Below the pieces are notes generated by a model. That model was not told where the DNA came from, made no database searches, and saw only the letters and a list, made by a program, of their open reading frames with translations. The position numbers and the translations under genes were made by a program. Source: Verrucomicrobiota bacterium (GTDB lineage: Bacteria; Verrucomicrobiota; Verrucomicrobiia; Limisphaerales; UBA11358). From it: DNA of 64,000 nucleotides. The stretch is from positions 19,015 to 83,014 of the forward strand of contig JBEKXN010000011.1 in NCBI GenBank assembly GCA_049511835.1, read 5' to 3'. Below, one piece after another: positions 31,895 to 41,443 of the stretch (position 1 is its first letter; every line of letters starts with the position of its first letter).

Positions 31895-32815
31895 GTGAGC
31901 AATAACAGATCATTCGCTAAACAAGAACGCTTGGGCACGGACGTGGCCAGTGTTGGGAGCATGGCAATTACTCACCCCGATAAGTTATGGTTTCCAGAAG
32001 ATCAGATCACGAAGCTCGAGGTGGCTCAGCACTACGCGGGCGTTGTACCCCGCATGCTCCCTTGGTTGAACCAGCGCCTCCTTACGGCCGAGCGATGCCC
32101 GGACGGAATTACGGGCGGCTGCTTTTTTGAGAAGAATTTTTCCGACAACCTCCCGGCCGGCATCCCCACCCTCGCCGTTCCGGCTGAAAGCGCGGGAAAG
32201 AATGTTCATTATGTGGTGGGTGGTTCGAAAGCAACTCTCTTGACCCTCGTCAACCTTGGCTGCATCGCGATTCATGTCATGAACTGTCAGGCCGGTTCGT
32301 TCGATCAACCCGACTGGCTGGCCTTCGATCTGGACCCCTCGACCGGACAGTTCCGCGACGCAGCCAAAGCCGCAAGCCTTCTGCGGGAACTCCTCAATGA
32401 ACTGCGGATTCGCTCCTTCCCCAAGACCACCGGCGGCCGGGGACTGCACGTTCTTGTTCCGTTGCAGCCCGGACTGAATCAGGAGCAGGTCCGCCTTTTC
32501 GCTCACGGCATCAGCCGGGAAATGGCCAGGAAATCACCAAAGACGATCACCGTTCAGATGCGAAAGGCAAAGCGCCAGAATCGCGTTTTTGCCGACTGGC
32601 TGCGGAACGCATTCGGCCAGACCATTGTGGCGCCTTACTCGGTCCGTTGCCGCCCGGGGGCTCCGGTTTCCACACCGCTCGATTGGGATGAGGTCCGGCC
32701 GGAGTTGAATCCATCCCGCTTCAACATCCGAACCATCCAACGCCGATTGGAGGACAATGATCCTTGGGCTGACTTCTGGCGATCTCGTCAGACCTTGCCG
32801 AAAACTTCTAAATGA
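31895..32815 (+). CDS. Stand-alone LigD polymerase (AEP Prim-Pol) domain
   Basis: ITHPDK, RCPDG, FDLDP, KTTGGRGLHV, VAPYSVR...VSTPL.W.E. Confidence 0.9.
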   Translation: MSNNRSFAKQERLGTDVASVGSMAITHPDKLWFPEDQITKLEVAQHYAGVVPRMLPWLNQRLLTAERCPDGITGGCFFEKNFSDNLPAGIPTLAVPAESAGKNVHYVVGGSKATLLTLVNLGCIAIHVMNCQAGSFDQPDWLAFDLDPSTGQFRDAAKAASLLRELLNELRIRSFPKTTGGRGLHVLVPLQPGLNQEQVRLFAHGISREMARKSPKTITVQMRKAKRQNRVFADWLRNAFGQTIVAPYSVRCRPGAPVSTPLDWDEVRPELNPSRFNIRTIQRRLEDNDPWADFWRSRQTLPKTSK

Positions 32816-32819
32816 GACA

Positions 32820-33644
32820 ATGAGCACCGATTCTTCCACGCAGCAGGGCGTCAGGCTCCAGGTCCGCGAGCTGCGCAAGAGTTACGACGGACATGAAGTG
32901 CTTAAGGGCATTGATTTTGAGGTCAACCCCGGCGAAATTTTCGTCATCATGGGACCGAGTGGCGGCGGCAAGTCGGTGCTGCTCAGGCAGCTTATCGGCC
33001 TGGAAGAGCCGGACCAGGGGGAAGTCCTGGTAGAAGGCCAGCTGATTCAGCCGCCTGAACTCGCAACCCGCTACCGCGTGGCGATGGTTTTCCAGTCTGG
33101 CGCACTGCTGACCTCGATGACTGTCGGAGAAAACGTCGGTTTCTATCTGGCCGAGCATCACCTGAAATCGCCCGCTGAAATTGCGGAGATCGTTTCCAAG
33201 GACCTCGAACAGGTCGGCCTGAAAGGCACCGAAAATCAAATGCCCGACGAACTCTCCGGCGGCATGAGGAAGCGCGTGGCCATAGCCCGGGCATTGGTCG
33301 TCGAACCGCAGTTGATCTTCTATGACGAACCGACCAGCGAGCTTGACCCGGTTTCATCTGTGGGCATCGCCGAAGATATTGTAAAACTTAACGAGCGGAT
33401 TCATGCCACTTCCGTGGTTGTCTCGCACGATCGCGACCTGGCTTTTGGCATCGCCAATCGCATAGCGGTGCTCGAGGAAGGCCGCATACTCGCGATCGGC
33501 ACGCCCGACGAAATCAAGCGCAACTCCGACTCACGCGTTCAAGATTTTCTGAACGCAAGCACTGCCCAAATACGGACTCCTCCTGCCCGTTTACAACCGC
33601 AAAGAACACCCCCAGAAACTCAATTGCCAACAACCAAGCAATGA
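32820..33644 (+). CDS. ABC ATP-binding protein (MlaF-like)
   Basis: GPSGGGKS, FQSGAL, LSGGMRKRVAIARA, YDEPT. Confidence 0.85.
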   Translation: MSTDSSTQQGVRLQVRELRKSYDGHEVLKGIDFEVNPGEIFVIMGPSGGGKSVLLRQLIGLEEPDQGEVLVEGQLIQPPELATRYRVAMVFQSGALLTSMTVGENVGFYLAEHHLKSPAEIAEIVSKDLEQVGLKGTENQMPDELSGGMRKRVAIARALVVEPQLIFYDEPTSELDPVSSVGIAEDIVKLNERIHATSVVVSHDRDLAFGIANRIAVLEEGRILAIGTPDEIKRNSDSRVQDFLNASTAQIRTPPARLQPQRTPPETQLPTTKQ

Positions 33645-33667
33645 TTAAAAACGAAAGGACAAAACAA

Positions 33668-34189
33668 ATGAAAACATCAACAATGAAACCGACCGAGGCA
33701 CCCAAAATGTACGAAACCGAAAACGACATCTCGCAAAAGCGGCGGGAGGAACTGAATGCTCTGATGAACCAGCGCCTGGCCGACGCCGTGGATCTCCAAA
33801 TGCAGATGAAACAGGCGCATTGGAATGTCAAAGGCCCCCACTTCATCGGTTTGCACAAACTTTTCGACGAAATTTACGAGGCGGTTGGTGAATACGTGGA
33901 CCTCATCGCCGAACGCATCGTGCAATTGGGCGGCATCACCGAGGGGACGGTGCGCGTGGCCGCCGCCCGTTCGCGGCTGGAAGAGTATCCGCTCGCCATT
34001 GCCGACGGTGCGGCTCATGTCGAGGCGGTCGCCAAAGCGCTCTCCACTTTCGGACGCGAAGTCCGCAGCACGATCGATGAGGCAGACGACCTGGAGGACG
34101 CCGACACGGCGGATTTATTCACCGAGGTTTCGCGCGGGATTGATAAGTGGCTCTGGTTTGTTGAAGCCCACTCCCAAGCGGAAAAATAA
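33668..34189 (+). CDS. dps: Dps DNA starvation/stationary-phase protection protein
   Basis: KQAHWNVKG..F..LH.LFD, DLIAERI..LGG, DK.LWFVEAH. Confidence 0.95.
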   Translation: MKTSTMKPTEAPKMYETENDISQKRREELNALMNQRLADAVDLQMQMKQAHWNVKGPHFIGLHKLFDEIYEAVGEYVDLIAERIVQLGGITEGTVRVAAARSRLEEYPLAIADGAAHVEAVAKALSTFGREVRSTIDEADDLEDADTADLFTEVSRGIDKWLWFVEAHSQAEK

Positions 34190-34195
34190 AAGCCT

Positions 34196-34606
34196 ATGAA
34201 AACCAACCCACTAAAAAAAGGCGAGCTGACCGTGAATTCCGCCGGCATCGGCACGGTAACCCGGAAGATGGTGCGGGAGCGCGCGGTTGAACTGGCCAAA
34301 CTCGATGGTCGTTCCGCGCGTGAGGTATCGAAGTCTGATTGGGCGATGGCCAGGCGGGAATTAACCGGCGGACCGGAAATGGACCCCAAACAAACCACCC
34401 TGGAAGCGGCGCCTGAATCAGAACGCTGGGATCCGGCGCCTGGTTCGGAAGGCCACAAAGTTCCCGAGAGTCCCGGGGAGGATGAGGACGACGAGGGGCG
34501 GAGCGACAATGAAAGACTCGTCGAAGAAGGCATCGAAGAGGCGGAGCTTGATCAAATGGATCAAGCCACCCGGGCTGCCGCGAAAAAGCGAAAAAAGGGA
34601 GCCTGA
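34196..34606 (+). CDS. Acidic hypothetical protein (DUF2934-like)
   Basis: VRERAVELA..DGR...DW..A.REL motif. Confidence 0.6.
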   Translation: MKTNPLKKGELTVNSAGIGTVTRKMVRERAVELAKLDGRSAREVSKSDWAMARRELTGGPEMDPKQTTLEAAPESERWDPAPGSEGHKVPESPGEDEDDEGRSDNERLVEEGIEEAELDQMDQATRAAAKKRKKGA

Positions 34607-34730
34607 GTTTTGGAACCAGAAAATGTAACACATTGAAAAGCGTGAGCCCGGAAATTCCGGACCGCAGGCGGCGTTAATCGAATCGTTAAACCAGACAAGT
34701 ATACAAACACACGATGAAAGGAAAATTTTG

Positions 34731-35288
34731 ATGAAAAACAAATCACTTATCCGTAACGCAGCCGTGACAACGCTGTGTTTTGGTTTTGGCGCTTTGGCGC
34801 TGACGGGTTGTTCAACCACCTCCAGCCAGAAACTTGCGGGATACGAGCAGGCGGAACAAATCGCCAATGAACATCTCGCCAAGTTCGACGACCTGGATTT
34901 CCACGTCTTCACCTACCAGCAGTGGGCGAGGCTGCATGAGAGTCACTCTCAGGACGTTGTTGTTCACTGGCCGGACGGACATCAGACCGAAGGCATCGAG
35001 AAGCACATCGAGGATTTGAAGGCGATGTTTGTCTATGCCCCGGACACGCGGATTAAAGTCCATCCGGTCAAGATCGGCTCCGGCGAGTGGACGAGTGTGA
35101 TCGGGGTGATGGAAGGAACATTCACCCAGCCGATGCCGACTGCCGACGGTAAAACCATTCCGCCCACCGGCAAAGCGTTCAAGTTGGTGATGTGCACGGT
35201 CGGGCATTGGAAGAATGGCGTGATGAATGAGGAATATCTTTTCTGGGACAACCTGACCTTCATGAAACAGCTCGGTCTCGCGCAGTAG
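34731..35288 (+). CDS. SnoaL-like ester cyclase lipoprotein
   Basis: Lipobox LTGC; GTFT.PM...IPPTGKAF...MKQLGL. Confidence 0.8.
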   Translation: MKNKSLIRNAAVTTLCFGFGALALTGCSTTSSQKLAGYEQAEQIANEHLAKFDDLDFHVFTYQQWARLHESHSQDVVVHWPDGHQTEGIEKHIEDLKAMFVYAPDTRIKVHPVKIGSGEWTSVIGVMEGTFTQPMPTADGKTIPPTGKAFKLVMCTVGHWKNGVMNEEYLFWDNLTFMKQLGLAQ

Positions 35289-35444
35289 GACATCCAACGG
35301 ATGGTGGATAACTTATCTTACTCGCTTGTTGCAGGTGCGCCAACAGAGTGGGAGCGTAACACACAACCATAAACGTCGGATCAAAAAGAAGGATAAAACA
35401 ACAAGATTCAAAACATAAAAAGACAAAACAACAAAGGACAAATT

Positions 35445-36122
35445 ATGAGCCAATACAACAAACTCTATACTCCGCAGGACAGCGCGATTGTTTTCATTGA
35501 TCACCAGCCGCAAATGCTTTTCGGCGTTTCCGGCATCGACCGCGCGGCCTTCATCAACAACGTCACGCTCATCGCCCGGGCAGCCAAGGAATTCAATGTG
35601 CCCACCGTCCTGACTGCCGTCGAAACGGAGGGCTTCAGCGGCTACGTTTTCCCGCAGTTGCTCGATGTGTTTCCCGGCCAGCCGGTCGTCGAGCGCAGTT
35701 CCATGAACTCGTGGGACGATGCGGGCTTCCGAAAAGCCGTCGAAGCCACCGGACGGAAGAATATCCTGATGACCGGCCTGTGGACGGAAGTGTGCATCAC
35801 CTGGCCCACGCTCTCCATGCTCGGCGCCGGTTACAATATCTACGTCGTTGAGGATTGCTGCGGCGCAACCTCGGCCACGGCGCAGAACGCGGCGCTCTCG
35901 CGCATGGTGCAAGCCGGCGCGATTCGCGTCACGACGATAGCCGCCATCCTGGAGTGGCAGCGGGATTGGAAGAACAAAGAGCACTACAACGCGCTGATGA
36001 CTCTCCTCAAACAACAAGGCGGTGCTTACGGCTCCGGTGTCGAATACGCCTATACCATGGTGCACAAGGCCCCGCAGTCCGCGCAGAAGCCGCAGGTCGT
36101 GCCGAAGAAAGCCGCACACTAA
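35445..36122 (+). CDS. YcaC-like isochorismatase-family hydrolase
   Basis: FIDHQPQ, RSSMNSW, GLWTEVC, LEWQRDW. Confidence 0.9.
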   Translation: MSQYNKLYTPQDSAIVFIDHQPQMLFGVSGIDRAAFINNVTLIARAAKEFNVPTVLTAVETEGFSGYVFPQLLDVFPGQPVVERSSMNSWDDAGFRKAVEATGRKNILMTGLWTEVCITWPTLSMLGAGYNIYVVEDCCGATSATAQNAALSRMVQAGAIRVTTIAAILEWQRDWKNKEHYNALMTLLKQQGGAYGSGVEYAYTMVHKAPQSAQKPQVVPKKAAH

Positions 36123-36175
36123 ACACGATTCACAGCCGGCGCGGACGGTCGGATGCCGCCCGCGCCTTGGTTTCC

Positions 36176-37552
36176 ATGCGTGGACTTTGGATAGTTCTAC
36201 TCGCAGCCACGTGCGCTTGGGCGCCCGGTGCGGAGCGGCCGGCTTTTCAGACATTGCGTTACAACGAAGACTGGTTGTTCCTTCAGGACTCGTCGCAACG
36301 CACGGACTGGCTCGACCCGGTGAAGTTCATTCCCCTGCAAGACACGAATGTTTATGTCTCGTTCGGCGGCGAGGCACGCGAGCGCTATGAGTACTTTGCC
36401 AACTACAACTGGGGAAAGGGTCCGCAAGACGACAACGGCTATTGGTTGCAGCGTTACATGGTCCACGGCGACCTGCATCTCGGCCCTGACGTCCGCTTTT
36501 TTGCCCAGTTTAAAAGCGGCCTGGAAGACGGGCGGAACGGCGGGCCGCGCCCGCCAGACCGGGACGATTTTGACCTCCACCAGGCCTTCCTGGATGTGAC
36601 CGGCCACATCACCGCTGACGACGCCGTCACTTTGAGACTGGGCCGCCAGGAACTGAGTTTTGGCTCCCAGCGGCTGGTGTCGGTTCGCGAGTCTCCCAAT
36701 GTCCGCCAAAGTTTCGATGGCGCCAGCGCCATCCTGAAGGTCGGTCAATGGCAACTCACTGGCTTTTTGACCCGCCCGGTGGAAACCCAAACAGGTATCT
36801 TCGACGATGCCCCGGACCCGGCGCGCTGGTTCTGGGGCGCTTATGCCGTGTATCCTTTGCCCATCCTTCCCGGCGGAAACATTGACCTGTATTACTTTGG
36901 CCTCACGCGCGACAGCGCGACGTTCGATCAAGGCTCCGCTCGGGAGGAACGCCACAGCATCGGAACACGGCTCTGGGGCCACAAACAAGGATGGGATTAC
37001 AACTTTGAATTTGTTTACCAGTTCGGGAGTTTTGGGACCGGCGATATCAGCGCGTGGACGGCGGCTTCCGACACCGGTTACACCTTTCAGTCGGTGCCAG
37101 CCACTCCCCGCGTCGGCCTGAAAGCCGACATTGCCAGCGGCGATGGCAATGCTCACGACTCTACGCTGGGCACCTTCAACGCCCTCTTTCCCAAAGGCGC
37201 GTATTTTTCGGAGACCGATTTGATCGGCCCGGCGAACATCATTGACCTGCATCCTTCACTCGAGTTGCACGTCAGCAAACGCGTGAAGCTGACCGGCGAC
37301 TGGGATTTTTTCTGGCGGGAAAGCACTCACGACGGCATTTACGGTGTTGCGGTCAACCGGGTGAGGACCGGGCAACAGACCGATGCCCGATACATTGGCA
37401 GCCAGTCGCAGGCCAGGCTTGACTGGGAAATCAGCCGGCACTTCGCTTTCGCGGCAGTTTACGCCCATTTCTTTGCCGGCGAATTCCTCAAAGAAACCCC
37501 GCCCGGGAAAGACGTCAATTATGTCTCCACCTGGCTAACCTTCAAATTCTGA
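36176..37552 (+). CDS. Alginate-export family outer-membrane beta-barrel
   Basis: Signal peptide, LRYNEDW, LGRQEL.FGSQRL, terminal FKF. Confidence 0.8.
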   Translation: MRGLWIVLLAATCAWAPGAERPAFQTLRYNEDWLFLQDSSQRTDWLDPVKFIPLQDTNVYVSFGGEARERYEYFANYNWGKGPQDDNGYWLQRYMVHGDLHLGPDVRFFAQFKSGLEDGRNGGPRPPDRDDFDLHQAFLDVTGHITADDAVTLRLGRQELSFGSQRLVSVRESPNVRQSFDGASAILKVGQWQLTGFLTRPVETQTGIFDDAPDPARWFWGAYAVYPLPILPGGNIDLYYFGLTRDSATFDQGSAREERHSIGTRLWGHKQGWDYNFEFVYQFGSFGTGDISAWTAASDTGYTFQSVPATPRVGLKADIASGDGNAHDSTLGTFNALFPKGAYFSETDLIGPANIIDLHPSLELHVSKRVKLTGDWDFFWRESTHDGIYGVAVNRVRTGQQTDARYIGSQSQARLDWEISRHFAFAAVYAHFFAGEFLKETPPGKDVNYVSTWLTFKF

Positions 37553-37591
37553 GCACCACGAAACCAGTTCCAATTCCAGAAAGGAAATATT

Positions 37592-39466
37592 ATGAATCCA
37601 TCGAAATCCGCTGACTTGATTCTTCAAAACGGAAAAATCACCACGCTCGACCCGAAACATCCCGAAGCAAAGAACCTCGCCATCAAGGATGGCCGCATCG
37701 TCGGCGTCGATGATGCCGAAAGCTACGAGCGAGGCCCAAACACGCGCGCCATTGACCTCAAAGGCCGGCGCGTCGTCCCCGGCCTGAACGATTCCCACAT
37801 GCATATCATCCGCGGCGGCCTCAGCTATAATCTGGAGCTTCGGTGGGACGGCGTTCCGTCCCTCGCGGACGCTTTGCGCATGCTTAAAGAGCAGGCGCAA
37901 CGGACGCCGCCCGGCCAATGGGTCCGCGTCATCGGCGGGTGGAGCGAATTTCAATTCGCCGAACGGCGCATGCCCACGCTCGATGAAATCAACGCCGTCT
38001 CCCCCGAAACACCCGTCTTCGTCCTGCACCTGTATTGCCGCGGCATGTTGAACAAGGCCGCGCTGCGGGCCTGCGGCTACACGAAAGACACTCCCAATCC
38101 ACCAGCCGGTGAAATCCAGCGTGACGGAAATGGCAACCCCACCGGACTCCTCATCGCCCGGCCCAACGCAGGGATTCTCTACGCAACCGTCGGCAAGCAA
38201 CCTAAGCTGCCACCCGAACATCAAATGAATTCTTCCCGGCACTTCATGCGCGAGTTGAACCGTCTTGGCCTCACCAGCCTGGTGGACGCGGGCGGCGGAT
38301 CGCAAATCTATCCCGATGACTACGTGATCATTGAGGAGCTACACAAGCGGGGAGAAATGACCGTGCGCATGGCTTACAACATTTTCACGCAACGACCCAA
38401 AGAGGAAAAGGATGATTTCCTTCGTTGCATGAAGCTGACGGCTCCCGGCAGGGGTGACGATTTCTATCGCTGCAACGGCGCTGGAGAAATGTTGGTTTAT
38501 TCGGCGGCGGATTTCGAAGATTTCCTGGAACCCCGGCCCGACCTTCCGTCCAACCTGGAAAAGGACTTGAAAGAGGTCGTTTCGCTGCTGGCTGCGAAGA
38601 AATGGCCGTTCCGTCTTCACGCAACCTATGACGAAAGCATCTCCCGGATGTTGAACGTATTCGAAGCGGTCAACCGTGAAATCCCCTTCAAGGCGAATTG
38701 GTTCTTCGATCATTGCGAAACCATCTCGGACCGCAACCTCGAACGCGTCAAAGCATTGGGAGGCGGCATTGCCATCCAGGACCGCATGGCTTTCCAAGGC
38801 GAGTATTTCTTGGACCGCTATGGCCGGAAGGCGGCGGAGCGGACCCCTCCCATTCGGAGAATGCTCGATCTGGGCATTCCCGTGGGGGCGGGCACTGATG
38901 CCACACGCGTGGCCAGCTATAACCCTTGGCTTTCCCTATACTGGCTCGTTGCCGGGAAAACAGTCGGCGGCGCCTCGTTGTATCCTGATGCAAACCGCCT
39001 CAGCCGGGAGGAGGCATTAAGGCTCTACACTCAGGGCAGCAGTTGGTTCTCGGGTGAAAGCGGCAAGAAAGGGGCCATCGTCATCGGCCAACTGGCGGAT
39101 GTCGCCGCACTCACCGAAGATTACTTGTCTGTGCCCGAAGAGAAAATCAAGAGCATTGAATCCGTCCTTACAATTGTTGGTGGAAAGATTGTTTACGGCG
39201 CTCAGGAATTTCAGAACCTTGGCCCGGCGCCACTGCCAGTGCTGCCGGAATGGTCACCCATAAAGGTTTATGGCGGTTACGGTGCGCCACTGGACATTCG
39301 CAAAGCCGCCCGCGCGAGCGTCCCGGTCCAACAACACCAGCATACCGCCGAATGCCATTCGCAGGGTTGTCTCCATGCTGCCCACCAACTCCTGGTTGAA
39401 ATCAAAGCGGCCGCTCCCCGCTACAGCGACTTCTGGGGATTGGGCTGCGATTGTTTTGCGTTTTAA
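37592..39466 (+). CDS. Amidohydrolase (YtcJ/NfdA-like)
   Basis: PGLNDSHMH, FRLHATY, FDHCE, GTDA, T.VGGK.VY. Confidence 0.9.
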   Translation: MNPSKSADLILQNGKITTLDPKHPEAKNLAIKDGRIVGVDDAESYERGPNTRAIDLKGRRVVPGLNDSHMHIIRGGLSYNLELRWDGVPSLADALRMLKEQAQRTPPGQWVRVIGGWSEFQFAERRMPTLDEINAVSPETPVFVLHLYCRGMLNKAALRACGYTKDTPNPPAGEIQRDGNGNPTGLLIARPNAGILYATVGKQPKLPPEHQMNSSRHFMRELNRLGLTSLVDAGGGSQIYPDDYVIIEELHKRGEMTVRMAYNIFTQRPKEEKDDFLRCMKLTAPGRGDDFYRCNGAGEMLVYSAADFEDFLEPRPDLPSNLEKDLKEVVSLLAAKKWPFRLHATYDESISRMLNVFEAVNREIPFKANWFFDHCETISDRNLERVKALGGGIAIQDRMAFQGEYFLDRYGRKAAERTPPIRRMLDLGIPVGAGTDATRVASYNPWLSLYWLVAGKTVGGASLYPDANRLSREEALRLYTQGSSWFSGESGKKGAIVIGQLADVAALTEDYLSVPEEKIKSIESVLTIVGGKIVYGAQEFQNLGPAPLPVLPEWSPIKVYGGYGAPLDIRKAARASVPVQQHQHTAECHSQGCLHAAHQLLVEIKAAAPRYSDFWGLGCDCFAF

Positions 39467-39536
39467 TCCACAATCCAATTACTGACCTGACAGAAGAACA
39501 GACAACGCGCAAACTCACAAACAATAGGTGATCATT

Positions 39537-40214
39537 ATGAAAAAGAGTGAACAACCGAATGCGAAAATCGAAATCACCAAAGACGGTCCCTACCTCGTCA
39601 GCGGCAGCCTGCCGCTCAGCGAACAGTGGATTGTCACCAATGCCGAGGGCGAATCCCTCGACTACCGGGAAGGGAAGAAATTCCCGTCGCAGCCGCAATA
39701 TGCGCTTTGCCGTTGCGGCCAGTCGGCCAACAAACCGTTCTGCGATGGCACTCACAAGAAGGTTCAGTTCGACGGCACCGAAACAGCCAGCCATCAGCCT
39801 TACCTGAAGCAAGCCGAGACCATCGAAGGACCAACCATGCTGCTCACCGATGCGGAGAGCTATTGCGCCTTTGCCCGCTTCTGCGACCCGAAAGGGAGGG
39901 TGTGGAACCTGGTTCTGCAGACAGACGATCCCGAAGCCCGGCGACTGGTGGAGTATGAGGCCGGGCATTGTCCGGCCGGCCGGCTGGTGGCGTGGGATCG
40001 GAAGACGGACAAACCTATCGAACCGAAATTCGAACCGTCGCTCGGGTTGATCGAGGACACGGCCAGGCAGGTCAGCGGCCCGATCTGGGTGCGGGGAGGC
40101 ATCCCGGTGATTTCCGCCGATGGCAAAGCCTATGAGGTTTGGAATCGGATGACCTTGTGCCGCTGCGGCCGATCCGACAACAAGCCCTTCTGCAACGGGT
40201 CGCACGCGGCATGA
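39537..40214 (+). CDS. Double CDGSH iron-sulfur domain protein
   Basis: LCRCGQS.NKPFCDGTH and LCRCGRS.NKPFCNGSH around a CxxARFC...CPAG segment. Confidence 0.88.
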   Translation: MKKSEQPNAKIEITKDGPYLVSGSLPLSEQWIVTNAEGESLDYREGKKFPSQPQYALCRCGQSANKPFCDGTHKKVQFDGTETASHQPYLKQAETIEGPTMLLTDAESYCAFARFCDPKGRVWNLVLQTDDPEARRLVEYEAGHCPAGRLVAWDRKTDKPIEPKFEPSLGLIEDTARQVSGPIWVRGGIPVISADGKAYEVWNRMTLCRCGRSDNKPFCNGSHAA

Positions 40215-40220
40215 GGTGGC

Positions 40221-41432
40221 TTACACGAGTTTTTCAAATTCGCCGATGAACTGCCGCATGTCCCGGAGCAACACGGCGTCGGGCTTGCAGCGCAACACCA
40301 TGCCGTCGAGATACATCAGGCTGCGGATGATGGCGAAGATGCCTTTCTCAAAGGTCATCCCCGAATGCACGCCCAGCTTGATGGTTTGCATCATCTTCCG
40401 GGTAAGGCTGACTTGCGCAACGGTCGTGCCGGTGAAGTCGGCGTAGAGTTCCAGAAATTTTGCCTTGAAAGTGTCGAAGGCCGGACCGGCCAGCTCGCGC
40501 TCGGACATACGGTTCAGCGCGGCGGCGCAGCGTGGATAATCGTATTCGGAAAGCGCCGCGAAGAATTCAAACAGCCCGCGCCGGATTTTCGGGCCGACGT
40601 GCCCGATGTAGCCGGTGTCAATGAAGCAAAGCTTGTCACCCGTGAGCAGCACGTTGCCGGGATGCATGTCGCCGTGGAAGGTGCCGACGCAAAACATGTA
40701 GAAGCCGTGGATGTGAAACAATTCGAGGAGCCGGTCGTAGCCCAGTTCGCCGGTTTCCAGCAATTCATCGAAACTGCGACCGGGAATGAATTCGGAAACC
40801 ATCGCGTTCTCATTGCACAGGGGCTCGTGCACGCGCGCGAAGGCGAGACGCGAGAGATCGAACGTGCCGCGGTGCTGTTCGTAGATGGCGCGCAAGGTTT
40901 TCTGGCCGGCGACCTCGTGGCGCAAATCGAGTTCGCTCAATGTGTATTCCTCGATGTCGCCGAGGATGCCCACGGGATCACCAACCTGGCGGAGTTTGGG
41001 ATAAAGAAAGGTGGCCAGGCGAAACAGGCGCTTGAGGCTGGCAACGTCCGCGGTGAATTGGGCGCGCACATTCTTCTTGATGGCCTTGATGACCACGTCC
41101 CCGCCGTCCTTAAGCCGGGCGCGATGCACCTGGCCGACAGAGGCGGAGGCGAGCGCGGCTGGTTCGATGCTTTCAAAGCGGTCAAAGAATCCGGGAGCGG
41201 CAGACGCGCGTAACAGGCTCAAAAAATCCTCCGGCGCGAGCGTGGCATTGCGGCGGTAGAGCCGGGCCAGATGCTCGCATTTTTCGCGGTCCAGAAAATC
41301 GATCCGCAGCGCGTGGACCTGGCCGAGCTTCACCGCGAGCAGGCCGAGGCCCTGAATCCAATCGAGGTCCGGCAGTTTGCCGCCGCGTCCGTAGATGGCG
41401 TGAATGAGCCGCCCAAATTGAATCCAGTTCAT
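40221..41432 (-). CDS. ABC1/AarF/UbiB-family atypical kinase
   Basis: AVKLGQ, ASASVGQVHRA, VVIK, FHGDMHPGN, IDTG; start at ATG 41432. Confidence 0.88.
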   Translation of the reverse strand: MNWIQFGRLIHAIYGRGGKLPDLDWIQGLGLLAVKLGQVHALRIDFLDREKCEHLARLYRRNATLAPEDFLSLLRASAAPGFFDRFESIEPAALASASVGQVHRARLKDGGDVVIKAIKKNVRAQFTADVASLKRLFRLATFLYPKLRQVGDPVGILGDIEEYTLSELDLRHEVAGQKTLRAIYEQHRGTFDLSRLAFARVHEPLCNENAMVSEFIPGRSFDELLETGELGYDRLLELFHIHGFYMFCVGTFHGDMHPGNVLLTGDKLCFIDTGYIGHVGPKIRRGLFEFFAALSEYDYPRCAAALNRMSERELAGPAFDTFKAKFLELYADFTGTTVAQVSLTRKMMQTIKLGVHSGMTFEKGIFAIIRSLMYLDGMVLRCKPDAVLLRDMRQFIGEFEKLV

Positions 41433-41443
41433 GGCTGGCCAGG

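Noticed and set aside
35855-36175. N-terminal extension of the alginate-export ORF; likewise 41433-41798 for the ABC1 kinase
   Set aside because: Overlaps neighbouring real genes; better starts exist at 36176 and 41432.
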